Source of the DNA: a virus
Reading direction: 5' to 3' (one strand)
Length of the DNA: 64,000 bases
Virus record (IMG/VR): IMGVR_UViG_3300037461_001787
Coordinates: 45,278 to 109,277 of that record
The position numbers were made by a program, and so were the translations under genes. Position 1 is the stretch's first letter; each line of letters opens with the position of its first letter. This document shows positions 20,123-30,100 of the stretch, in pieces. The notes under the pieces are model-generated. The model worked only from the letters and a program-made list of their open reading frames with translations, searched no databases and was not told the DNA's origin.

Positions 20123-20160
20123 GACACCCGGCGCTGTTTTCCACGGCGGCGCCGGGTGTC
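20123..20160. repeat. 12-bp perfect inverted repeat (hairpin) upstream of baseplate gene
   Basis: GACACCCGGCGC (20123-20134) and GCGCCGGGTGTC (20149-20160). Confidence 0.8.
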
Positions 20161-20181
20161 GATCGCTTGAGGAGAACGCGG

Positions 20182-22158
20182 ATGGCCTTCACCGACAACA
20201 TTCCTGGTAGGGCAATCGCCCAATTCAAAGAGGTCGCGCGTCAGAAGCAAAACAAGGACGATTATTTCTACAAACGGTTGCTCTACTATTTCGAGTTGCG
20301 CGTACCGACGAGCATTGCGGCGCAAATCGGTAACGAGCCGTTTCTCTTTCCGTTGGTCATTCCGCCGCAAAACTATTCGATGAGCGAGCCTTTCGCTGTG
20401 GAGGTGACGCAGACGCAAGGGGGTGGAGTTTACGTGGAAGAAAACGGCATCATCGTGCGCACCATCCGTTTGTCGGGGCACACTGGATGGCGGCCACGAA
20501 CGCTACCGTTGAAACGGTCTGTAGCGTTGTCGCTGGAGAAGACGGATAAGAATTATAGCCGCGCATTGCAACCCACTTGGGTTGGGGCGCTTTCTGGGCA
20601 ACGGCATTTCCAGTATCTCCAGGATTCGGTTTTCCGCACTTATGGGGATTTGAAACGCAATCCCGAGACTGCGGCGGACACAAAACTGATCTTCCACAAT
20701 CCTCGGGATCAGGAAGACTGGGAGGTGATCCCTCAGCGTTTCGATCTGACGCGCACTGCGGGGGAGCCGCTCCTCTATCGCTATGACATTGAGCTACTCG
20801 CTGTGGGCCCGGCTGAGGATGTCAAAGCAGACTTTTCGGAAGATCAATCCGTCTTTGACGCGATCAAAGACAAATTGGCTTGGGTAAAGGCGGGCGCTGA
20901 TTGGGTGCGAGGAGCCGTGAGCGATTTGACTGCGTTGGTCAATGAAGTGCGCTTGTACGTGCAAAACATCAACGTCATCCTGGATTCAGTGAATGCTATT
21001 TTGAAAGCAGTGGATGATTTTCTGGATGGGAGTACTGTGCTCATCCAAGCCCCTTACGCTTTTCTGGAAACGACCATCGATATTGTAGAAAACGCGCTGG
21101 AGATCGAAAACTCTGCTCAAGAGATGCGGGATGCGGCCGGCGCAATCTCGAATTTTCCAGAAGTTGCACGGCAGAAGCTACGGCAAGTGCAAGACGGGCT
21201 GGAACGGTTGGGGACTACGCCAGAAAAATGGGAGCGTGGGAATGACACAGTGATGGAGGACATTCGCAGATTCCAAGAAATGCGCCGGAGAGTAAGCGCG
21301 CAGAGGCGCGCAGAGGCGCGCGCGGGAGTTTCGCCTGCGACCTTCAATGATTTGCGCAATTGGGGCAGCAAGCTCACCCCAGGCGAAGAAATCGCGATCG
21401 ATGGCGAGTTTGTGATCGGCGGGGAGACCTTCAAATTCCGATCAGCTCGTTTGGTTGTCGTGGGCCAAGGGGATACGCTCATGTCCCTTGCCGCTCAGTA
21501 TCTGGGAGATGCCCGCAAATGGCAGTACATCGCTATCATCAATGGGCTTCAACCGCCTTTCACCAATGCGCAGGCTTCAGCTCCATTGGTTGGAGTTCGA
21601 ATTTCTGGAACAACCAGTGGGGTAGATGCGGGACCGTTTCCGCAGGCGATAGGTGTTGGTTCAAAGATTCTGATTCCCAGCAATCAGATCTCAGTGATCG
21701 ATTTACCCGTGCTACCCATTGCCGGGGTCCAGCTCAACGAACCAGCCGAGAATCATCTGTTGGGAGTCGATTTTGCGTTAGAGGTGGCCGTGGGCCATAC
21801 CGGAGAACGCAATGCGCGGTATGACATCGCGATTGACATCGATATGGGTTCGGTGGATGCCAAATTGGTTGAGGGCAGAGCCAACATCAAGCAGGCTGTT
21901 TTTCAGCGCTTGGTCATCGACCGTGGGACTGATACCTTATACAAGAATGTCGGTTTGCGCCGTGTGGTGGGCTTGGGATTGGCCACCGTAGATATCGAGA
22001 TGGCGCGATTTCGCGTAGTAGAAGCGGTGCGCGCGGATCCTCGCATTGTGGGAGTAGAGGATGTAGCGTTCAATGTTGAAGATGACATTTTCGAAACCGA
22101 CTTGACTGTCTCGGTGCGTGGTTCAGCCGAATCTATCGCGATCAAGGCAGCGGTGTAG
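20182..22158 (+). CDS. Baseplate fusion protein: tube-initiator-like + LysM + gp25-like wedge domain
   Basis: PPQNYSMSEP...TQTQGG...IRLSGHTG; VGQGDTLMSLAAQYLGDARKWQYIAIINGL (LysM); EGRANIKQA...ADPRIVGV (gp25-like). Confidence 0.7.
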   Translation: MAFTDNIPGRAIAQFKEVARQKQNKDDYFYKRLLYYFELRVPTSIAAQIGNEPFLFPLVIPPQNYSMSEPFAVEVTQTQGGGVYVEENGIIVRTIRLSGHTGWRPRTLPLKRSVALSLEKTDKNYSRALQPTWVGALSGQRHFQYLQDSVFRTYGDLKRNPETAADTKLIFHNPRDQEDWEVIPQRFDLTRTAGEPLLYRYDIELLAVGPAEDVKADFSEDQSVFDAIKDKLAWVKAGADWVRGAVSDLTALVNEVRLYVQNINVILDSVNAILKAVDDFLDGSTVLIQAPYAFLETTIDIVENALEIENSAQEMRDAAGAISNFPEVARQKLRQVQDGLERLGTTPEKWERGNDTVMEDIRRFQEMRRRVSAQRRAEARAGVSPATFNDLRNWGSKLTPGEEIAIDGEFVIGGETFKFRSARLVVVGQGDTLMSLAAQYLGDARKWQYIAIINGLQPPFTNAQASAPLVGVRISGTTSGVDAGPFPQAIGVGSKILIPSNQISVIDLPVLPIAGVQLNEPAENHLLGVDFALEVAVGHTGERNARYDIAIDIDMGSVDAKLVEGRANIKQAVFQRLVIDRGTDTLYKNVGLRRVVGLGLATVDIEMARFRVVEAVRADPRIVGVEDVAFNVEDDIFETDLTVSVRGSAESIAIKAAV

Positions 22159-22169
22159 AAGGAGCGGCG

Positions 22170-23582
22170 ATGCCGGTTTTTACTACCAAGAGGTATGAGC
22201 AGTTTTTGGCGCAAATGATTGCGAAAGTAGTCACCCGCACCAAACTCTCGGATATCTCAGATACGTCAGTAGTCAAGCATGTGCTGGCCGCTACGGCCCG
22301 CCAGCTCGATGAGATCAGCTACCAGATGTATCTTCTGCGCCAGATTTTTTCGATCGACACTGCCACTGGCGATGATCTGGATGAACGGGCAGCTGAAATT
22401 CAGCCGGCGCTCATTTCCAGAAATCAGCCGGCAAAGGCGACTGGGCTGTTGGTATTTTCCAGAAATTCGCCCATAGGCACCGTGGTCATTCCAGTCGGGA
22501 CAAGAGTGCGCACTTCGACAGGCACTGAGTTTGTCACAACGGTTGCGGGGTCGATTACTCCGACCAGCCCAGAGCAAATCAGTGGGCATGGAATTGGTGC
22601 CGATTCTGGACAGATTGCCGCGCAAGCGTCGCTGCCCGGTCTTTCTGGAAATGCTGCGGCTAATACGGTTGTCCGATTTGTCTCTCGCCCTTCTGGGGTA
22701 GATAGTGTGACTAATCAAACCGCATTCGCCTGGGGCACAGACAAAGAGAGCGACGACAGCTTTCGGAATCGCATCAAACGATTTGTTGCGTCTCTTGGGC
22801 GATCTACTGTGGAATCCATTGAGGATGCGGTACGTGGAGTGATTGATCCCGCTACTGGAGCCACCATCCTGTTTGTGAAAGCGGTCGAAGATATCGTCAA
22901 TCCGGGGCATGTGATGTTGTACATCGACGATGGTACCGGGGCGGCAGAATCAACAGAAGTGGTGGTGGACGAGATCGTGACGGAAGGTCTCGCTGGCCCT
23001 CCAGCCGGTTCAGCGGTGGGTGGAGAGACACGGCTCTACTTAGACTACGCAGCGATCAAAGATGCAGCTGGATTCACGTTGGTGAGTAACTACCGTGGAG
23101 AGTTGGAGCGCGGGGTAGACTTCTGGTTGAATGCGGCTTCAGGGCAGCTTGTTTTTGACCCCGCATTGACCGCGGGGGAAATTTTGACTGCCAACTACAC
23201 CCGCTATACTGGGCTCATTGCGCTTGCACAGAAGATTGTCGATGGCGATGCCAATGACCGCGCGAATTATCCGGGGTATCGTGCGGCGGGTGTGTTGGTC
23301 ATCGTTGCGACCCCGCAGGTGCTGATTCAAACCGTCAGTGCTGTGGTCACAGTTCAGGATGGATACGATCTGGAGGAAGTTCGGGCGGCTCTCAAATCTG
23401 CTATTCGCGATTATATCAACACGCTCGGCATTTCTGGGGATATGCTGCGAGCGCAGTTGATCAAACAGATCATGAGCACAGCAGGAGTCTACAACGTAAA
23501 TTTGGTGGCTCCAGCAACGGATGTTATTTTGCTCGACGATCAGATTGCGCGTGTCACGGACGAAAACATCGTCATCGGCTAG
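22170..23582 (+). CDS. Baseplate J-like wedge protein (gpJ / gp6)
   Basis: TATGDDLD...ATG.LVF...IPVGT...GTDKESDDSFRNR...YRAAGV. Confidence 0.9.
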   Translation: MPVFTTKRYEQFLAQMIAKVVTRTKLSDISDTSVVKHVLAATARQLDEISYQMYLLRQIFSIDTATGDDLDERAAEIQPALISRNQPAKATGLLVFSRNSPIGTVVIPVGTRVRTSTGTEFVTTVAGSITPTSPEQISGHGIGADSGQIAAQASLPGLSGNAAANTVVRFVSRPSGVDSVTNQTAFAWGTDKESDDSFRNRIKRFVASLGRSTVESIEDAVRGVIDPATGATILFVKAVEDIVNPGHVMLYIDDGTGAAESTEVVVDEIVTEGLAGPPAGSAVGGETRLYLDYAAIKDAAGFTLVSNYRGELERGVDFWLNAASGQLVFDPALTAGEILTANYTRYTGLIALAQKIVDGDANDRANYPGYRAAGVLVIVATPQVLIQTVSAVVTVQDGYDLEEVRAALKSAIRDYINTLGISGDMLRAQLIKQIMSTAGVYNVNLVAPATDVILLDDQIARVTDENIVIG

Positions 23583-23591
23583 GAGATTTCG

Positions 23592-24005
23592 ATGAGTCTA
23601 ACCCTATTTTCATTTTCTCCGTTGATTGTGCCTGATGCAGGAGGAGTGCTCGTAGAAATGCGTGGATCGTTTGTCATGGGGCATCGGCATCGCGCGCGTA
23701 TTGGAGATACTCTGCTCCCGATAGATCCTAAATGTTATTCCGGAATACCCGGGCAAGGAGATATTCTTTACCCACTTACCGAAAATACTTTGCGGGCTTA
23801 CTCGCCTCGGTTGCGGCACACCGCAGGAGTAGCAGCGCCGTATTCGGTGTTGCTGGTGGACTTGGAGACTTTGGAACAAGGGATACTGATGAATGTGGTG
23901 GAAGTATGCCGTCAAAGTTATTCGGATGCAACGTATGCACTTCGGAAGGTTTTGCCGTTGCACTACCTGACCGGGGCAAGAGATATTAGCCAAGAAAAAG
24001 TTTGA
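23592..24005 (+). CDS. Hypothetical protein
   Basis: AGGAG RBS; operon context. Confidence 0.6.
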   Translation: MSLTLFSFSPLIVPDAGGVLVEMRGSFVMGHRHRARIGDTLLPIDPKCYSGIPGQGDILYPLTENTLRAYSPRLRHTAGVAAPYSVLLVDLETLEQGILMNVVEVCRQSYSDATYALRKVLPLHYLTGARDISQEKV

Positions 24006-24033
24006 GCCAATTTTTAGAAAGAAAGGATCCGCC

Positions 24034-24282
24034 ATGCCGGTCAACGTGAGGCAAATCGCAATTCAATTTTCCTGCATCTATCGAGAGACCGATCAAGTCT
24101 ATTATCCGGATCTGGATTTCGTCGGGGTGCAAGTCGAATCGGACCGGGGAACGCTTTCTTTCCCGATTCAGCTCACCACAGAGATGCGCAACAAAGTATT
24201 TCAGGCAACCAATGCCGAGGGAGAATTTGTCCACGATCTTTGCGCAGCGATCAAGGCATTCCTTTCCGGCCAGGAGGGATGA
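24034..24282 (+). CDS. Hypothetical protein
   Basis: AAAGGA RBS; operon context. Confidence 0.6.
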   Translation: MPVNVRQIAIQFSCIYRETDQVYYPDLDFVGVQVESDRGTLSFPIQLTTEMRNKVFQATNAEGEFVHDLCAAIKAFLSGQEG

Positions 24283-24285
24283 GCC

Positions 24286-26187
24286 ATGGCGTACAAAGGA
24301 AAGCACATACTGGTCAACAGCGCTTTGGACTTCAACAAACGGCTAGTCGATTGGCTCGTGAATGAAGTAGGCTGGGCGCATGATCCCAACAGCCCTACCA
24401 TAGATTTGACCGCACGTACCGCGCAAGACGACAAGCACGCTTTCAAACTCGGCTGGTTTTTGAAATCGAACGGAGAAGACGGGAATCAGAATATTCCGAT
24501 CCATATTGGTTGGCAGGACATCTCCAATATCGCAACCTCCTATACCATGTGGTATGGGCGGACTGCGTATTTGTCTGCAGGGATAAGCGCTACAGATACT
24601 GCTATCACGCTAAAATCGGCAATGACCAATCTGGCTAATGGAGACATTATCCAGATTGGCGATGAGCTGATCTATGCCGGCGTGGTGTCTGGAGCGAATC
24701 TTTCATCGTGTGTTCGCGGGTATTACGGCACAACCGCAACAACCCACGATGTGAAAGATGTGGTAGGGAGAATCACGGGAAGTGCGCCAGCGATCACGGT
24801 CTTTGGCGTGCGGGATTTGGCGACTCCGCTGCTATCTAGTTCGGGTACGCCAAGCTGGTCTTTCGGAGAGACCGCCACTTCTAGCAACAATCTGGCAGTC
24901 GATCTCCCGAGGAACACTTCGCGGGATGCGAGCAAACTCAACCACAGCACATTGGTCAAAATCACCAGTGGCGCTGAATCTGGAAAGTGGCGCTGGGTGA
25001 CGGCCCAGCCTTGCACCATCACCAATCAGATCGGCCTTACCTACGATGAATTTTACGGAGCGCCGGGTGCGGCATCTTGCGAGATTTATTCTGGTGGGAT
25101 GCACCCATCGGTATCTCGCCATATGTCTATAGGACCGAATGGCAGTAGCTACACTGCAGCGCTCTACCCGACAGCTTTTGCAAGCCCAAAAGATGTCTGG
25201 CTCTATGGATCGAAAAACGGCTTTACCATCGTGCTGCTCGCTGCCAACAATACCTATCGCATGTTCTATTTCGGGCAGTACGCCCCTTACGGCAACATGA
25301 CGGCGACCACGGCCACTTCTGCAGCTGATGGAGATATCGCTTTGGGAGCTACGCAGATCAAAGTCGCCAACATCAATCTGTTTGCGGTAGGCGGCAGGTA
25401 CATGCTGCTCTCTGCTTCCCCAGCGCTTGATTACCGGGCGAATTGCAATCAGATCTCAAACTCCTATATGGGAGCACCTGGAGGAGGATCGCCCAATTCT
25501 TGGCCGAATTTAGACGGGGATGAAGCATGCTTCGAGTACGTGCTGGTTACCAACGTCAATCTTGTATCCAACGTGATTACCGTTCAGTGCGGCACTTGTT
25601 ATTCCTATAAAGCGGGAGCACTGATTGGCGAATGCTTGCGCCCGCATATAGGGTATGCTTGCCAATCAGATGGAGCTGCCAATCAGTTTGCGGGATCAAG
25701 TCTCGGGGGGTACGCAAATTGCGTCGTATGGCATGCGCATCGCAATAGCCGAGTATTCACTACGCATCCGGCGCATCGTGTGCGTTGGCGATGCTGCCAA
25801 AGTGAAAACAACAGTGGGTTCCCAACGGTCAAACCCTGGAATGCGGACTTTGGCCGCAACGCTTACGTGCAGCGCGAATGCGCATACGGGAATCTTGGAG
25901 ACGGAACAGCTGAGATTGGCGCCTCTCCAGAACCGTATTCGGGATCGGCGATGCTACTTGCGCCAAGACTTCGCGATACCGATCCTGGCAACGATCGATC
26001 TGCCTGGGGTGGAGACATGAATCGGCGGCCTGGGTACATTCCTGGTCCGCGCGCAGTAAACAATGTCTGGAGCGCTTTGAATGAGGATCTCATCCGCGTC
26101 ATGTTCCAAGGCGCTTATTGCAATTTTCGGCTTTTCTACCATAGCGATTCTGGCTATTGGTGGGCTTGCGGTCCCGAGACGGATTAA
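24286..26187 (+). CDS. Putative tail fibre / baseplate-associated adsorption protein
   Basis: IQIGDELI.Y...RGYYGTTATTH motif typical of virion fibre proteins; Gly/Ser/Thr/Asn-rich. Confidence 0.6.
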   Translation: MAYKGKHILVNSALDFNKRLVDWLVNEVGWAHDPNSPTIDLTARTAQDDKHAFKLGWFLKSNGEDGNQNIPIHIGWQDISNIATSYTMWYGRTAYLSAGISATDTAITLKSAMTNLANGDIIQIGDELIYAGVVSGANLSSCVRGYYGTTATTHDVKDVVGRITGSAPAITVFGVRDLATPLLSSSGTPSWSFGETATSSNNLAVDLPRNTSRDASKLNHSTLVKITSGAESGKWRWVTAQPCTITNQIGLTYDEFYGAPGAASCEIYSGGMHPSVSRHMSIGPNGSSYTAALYPTAFASPKDVWLYGSKNGFTIVLLAANNTYRMFYFGQYAPYGNMTATTATSAADGDIALGATQIKVANINLFAVGGRYMLLSASPALDYRANCNQISNSYMGAPGGGSPNSWPNLDGDEACFEYVLVTNVNLVSNVITVQCGTCYSYKAGALIGECLRPHIGYACQSDGAANQFAGSSLGGYANCVVWHAHRNSRVFTTHPAHRVRWRCCQSENNSGFPTVKPWNADFGRNAYVQRECAYGNLGDGTAEIGASPEPYSGSAMLLAPRLRDTDPGNDRSAWGGDMNRRPGYIPGPRAVNNVWSALNEDLIRVMFQGAYCNFRLFYHSDSGYWWACGPETD

Positions 26188-26232
26188 CAGGCGTGATTCC
26201 AGAAAACACCACCGGTCGGGAGACGCTGAGCG

Positions 26233-27123
26233 ATGGCAATCAACAATAGTATTCTAGGGCACCCGAGTTTACCCAATGAGCTTGTTGCGTACTACAAGCT
26301 TGATGGCGATGCCAACGACGCGCATATCAATGCGCTCCATGGCACTGCCGTAGGCACTCCGACATGGCCTACAGCGGCAGCAAACTGCCGGCTACGTCAA
26401 GGCCTCCAGCTCAATGGGACTACTCAGTATATCTGGATGGCGGACAACGATCTCTTTGAGCCAACTACTGGGCTTTCTGCCGGAGGTTGGTTTTGGATTG
26501 ACAGTACTGGCAGTGATTGGCAACCATTGGTCAACAAATACTATTGGGGGAGTCCCTGGACAAATAAAAGTTGGCAGCTGTATTTTCAGCTCAGCACCAA
26601 TACGCTAACGGCTAGTATCGTTTGGGGCCCTACAAATGGAGTGGATTATTGGACAGTGATCAAGGGTTCTTTGAGCGCGCTAAAAAATTCCTGGCACTAT
26701 ATAGCTTTTACGTATGACAAGTCTATTTTCATTTTGTACGTAGATGGAATTGAGGTGGCCAGGACTACGGGATGTTCTGGGAATCCTTTGGCCAATGCTA
26801 CGCCAGTGTATATCGGAAGTTTTTGGGATCAAGACGGTTCCATCCGTTATTACTCCAAAGGGTATTTTGATGAAATTGCCATTGCTGCTCGCGCGTGGAC
26901 GCCAGCTGAAGTACTTGCATTCTATCATTCGGGATACCCTATTCGCTACGCAGAAGTTTATGCAGACGCTTCAGGTACTGCAGGCAGTAAGGTAATCGAG
27001 AATCTCATCATTCACCCAGCACCAGAAAATTACAGAGTGGTGACTCCGCGAGTGCATCCAGATCCGATACCGCGAGTGGTGCAAACCCCGGGATGGGGAT
27101 ACGGCATCAAGGGAAGAGGGTGA
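26233..27123 (+). CDS. LamG / concanavalin-A-like lectin domain virion protein
   Basis: LVAYYKLDG...WHYIAFTYD...LYVDG...IG...GYFDEIAI...AEV. Confidence 0.85.
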   Translation: MAINNSILGHPSLPNELVAYYKLDGDANDAHINALHGTAVGTPTWPTAAANCRLRQGLQLNGTTQYIWMADNDLFEPTTGLSAGGWFWIDSTGSDWQPLVNKYYWGSPWTNKSWQLYFQLSTNTLTASIVWGPTNGVDYWTVIKGSLSALKNSWHYIAFTYDKSIFILYVDGIEVARTTGCSGNPLANATPVYIGSFWDQDGSIRYYSKGYFDEIAIAARAWTPAEVLAFYHSGYPIRYAEVYADASGTAGSKVIENLIIHPAPENYRVVTPRVHPDPIPRVVQTPGWGYGIKGRG

Positions 27124-27124
27124 C

Positions 27125-30100
27125 ATGGGCAATTCGATCATTTCAGATCCCGCATTGGTCTCTGCTCTTCTCGCTTATTATAAGCTAGATGGAAACGCGC
27201 TTGATAGCCATGGCAGCAATCATGGCACTGCCGAAAAAACAATTGTCACTGCATCGGGTATGCTCAGGAATTGTATTGTTTTCGATGGCAATGGTGATCC
27301 GCCAGATGCACAGGGAACTTGCCAGATAATCAATTGCGGATCAGTGCTAAATACAAGCGCGAGTTTTTCGATCTCTTACTGGGCGTATGCCAACGGTGTT
27401 GACCCGTATAATTGTCATCTTTCGATCGCGTGCTGGAATGGAGGCGGATGGCAACAGCCTGGTACTCGTTTGTTCATCCAGCAACCCAATGGTTCCTATA
27501 TCACTGTAACTTTCGCTTATTTTGGAAGTAGTGGTAATGTTTCAGTGCCTATCAGCGCAGAAGGGGGATTGTGGACGCATTGGGTGATCGCGGTAAACTA
27601 TAATGTTGGCACCGGAATATCCACTCTCACCATTTATAAAAATGGTGTTCGAGCTGGAACCAATGCAGGATCGGTTGGCGGGCCAAGCTTTGGGCCTATT
27701 CCACTGTTGATTGGGGGCGCTTGCTATAATTGGGGTTCTAACTATCGGCTGCACCAGGTAAATGGAAAAATAGATGAAGTGGCAGTGTTCAATCGGGCTC
27801 TTACCCCCCTTGAGGCGATCCAACTTTATCATGCGGGTTACCCGTATCGATACGATGAATTCTATGCGGACATTTCTGGAACGGCTGACGCTACACTTTT
27901 CGATTTGGAATCGTTGGCGGGTTTGACTTCCGGGTATGTGTTTCCTGCGGCCACTGACTTTGAAGCGATTACCGGTCCAGCGCAAAGGCAAATTTCTCTT
28001 TCTTGGGTCAACCCAGTGCACCCTGATTTTCTGGAAGTCACAGTACGCCGTTCAAAAACTGGATATCCACCTTCGATACACGTTGGCGAGACTGCGTATA
28101 CCGGGACCGGTACTGGTTTTATCGACAGCAATTTGGATCCTGATGAGCTGTACTATTATTCAATTTTTGCCTGTGACACTTATCGCACCTACTCAGTAGC
28201 GGTCAATGCTAGTGCGGTTGCAAAAGAACTAAATCGCGCAAAACTTCTCTCGGCTGTTGCGATCGCCAAAGACAAAGTGCGGGTCACCTGGGACCAAGAG
28301 CTGCATTTGGGTGAGGGGGATGCTACAGACGCGCTTGTCCCGGCAAACTGGACCTTCGAGACGCTGGCGCATCCAGTAGCAGCACAAGCAATCAGCACCC
28401 ATCAGCTCGCGCCAACAATTCTGGACATTACCTTAGATGAGGAAGGGACTGTTGACGCGGACTATACCGCAATAGCAGCGGCTACGTTGCAGGCGGCGGA
28501 TCTGCGCACCATCAGCCCTACTGATCGTGAATTTGAGTTCACTGGTTTGGGCGAAATGCCGCAAGTGATGTTTGCGCAATCGATTGGGCTTTTTTACGCT
28601 ATCGTACAATTCTCCGAGGCGGTGCTTGGCGCTGAGGACAAGGCCAACTACAATATTCCCGGTTTGGTCATCGCCAGTGTTTCTGTGTTTGATCCCGTGC
28701 TCTACAAATACCAGCTGCGTACTGGCCAGCAAGCTTTTGCGGCACCTTATTTGGTGGAGGTGTCTGGGGTCACCGATTTGGCGGGGAGCCCCATCGATCC
28801 AGCGCACGATACTTACGCATTCACTGGATTCTCGCCAGAAAGTTCCAGCGCGGTAGAGCCTTCAGATCTAGGATTGATTGCCGCATTGACTAGCGCCATT
28901 GGGGAAGCTTGCACTGAGATGGCGGGGCTTGTCTCCACTCGGTTGAGTGAGCCTGTAACAGAGGGGGAAACGGTCTTTCCCGTCGAATCCACAGAAGGAT
29001 GGTCAGATGCAGGGCGTTTTGCGGTAGAGGGCATCCCGTATACGTATACTGGCAAAGGCACTGCTTCGCTGACTGGGGTAAAGCACATACGCGGTGGGGA
29101 AGAGCAGAACGGCGCGGCCATGCTCCACCATGTGGAAGCTGCAGTTACTGATATCGGTCGAAATCGAAGTTATGCAGAAAAGCTTCGCCGAGCGCTGCTA
29201 CTCAATTACGCTGAGGGCGAGGATCTGAATGTCGTCGGGCGCAATTTTGGGCTCATTCGTCATCCATTTTTTACGGATGATGCAGTTTACCGTGAAGTCA
29301 TTCGGGCCATGGCTTACAGCCCGAAGGGGACGATGCTCGGATTAGAGCTTGGGCTTTGCGGGATGGTAGGGGAGGGGAACTTTGAGATTTATGAAGACCT
29401 CATTCGCTATCCCTGCCAAGTGTTTATTCGGCTAACGGGAGATGCGCTCCAGGCACAACAAACGGTGGTAGGCAAAGCCTGGATGACCGAGCTGTACTGG
29501 GATGCGCTGCGCACTACGGCCAATCAATTGGATCTAGGTGCTGCTCCACTGAGTGTCTATGGGGTGCAGCTCAAACCGCTGCAGGAGGTTTTTGATTTCC
29601 GTACTCTCAAGCCCAGTGACGTGACCTATCCATATTACCCAGGCAGCACTCCACAAGCTGCGTTTGGCTACGCGGGCACGCTCGTGGAGGGGGATTCGGT
29701 CTTGGTCGCTGAAGGGCAAACCAAACTCACCTGCGGCAGCGTGGGCACTATTTTCTATCGCATGCTCGATACCCAAGGCGCCCGCGTGACGCCCGCGTCT
29801 GATTGGGTAGTGTCGATGCTGATGTGCATCCCAACCGGAGCAAGCCTGAAGCACGGAGAGCTTTTTCAGGCTGGGCTTTCCGTCTTTGACGGTCAGTACC
29901 GGATAAGCTGTGGCCTGGAAGACGATCTGACTTTTGGTTTGATGGCGACTTCTGGCGGAGGGTTCCTGGGTACGACGGTAACGCTTGCCCGAGATACGTA
30001 CTATGCAGTGGAACTTCGTCGAGCCTGGGGTGACGTGATCGAGTTACGGGTCAACGGACAACTTGTTGCTTCTGTGGCTCGATCGAACTTTTCTGCCGCG

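Noticed and set aside
11343-23582. Tailocin / extracellular contractile injection system
   Set aside because: Neck and head-associated genes plus a full replication module indicate a genuine phage.
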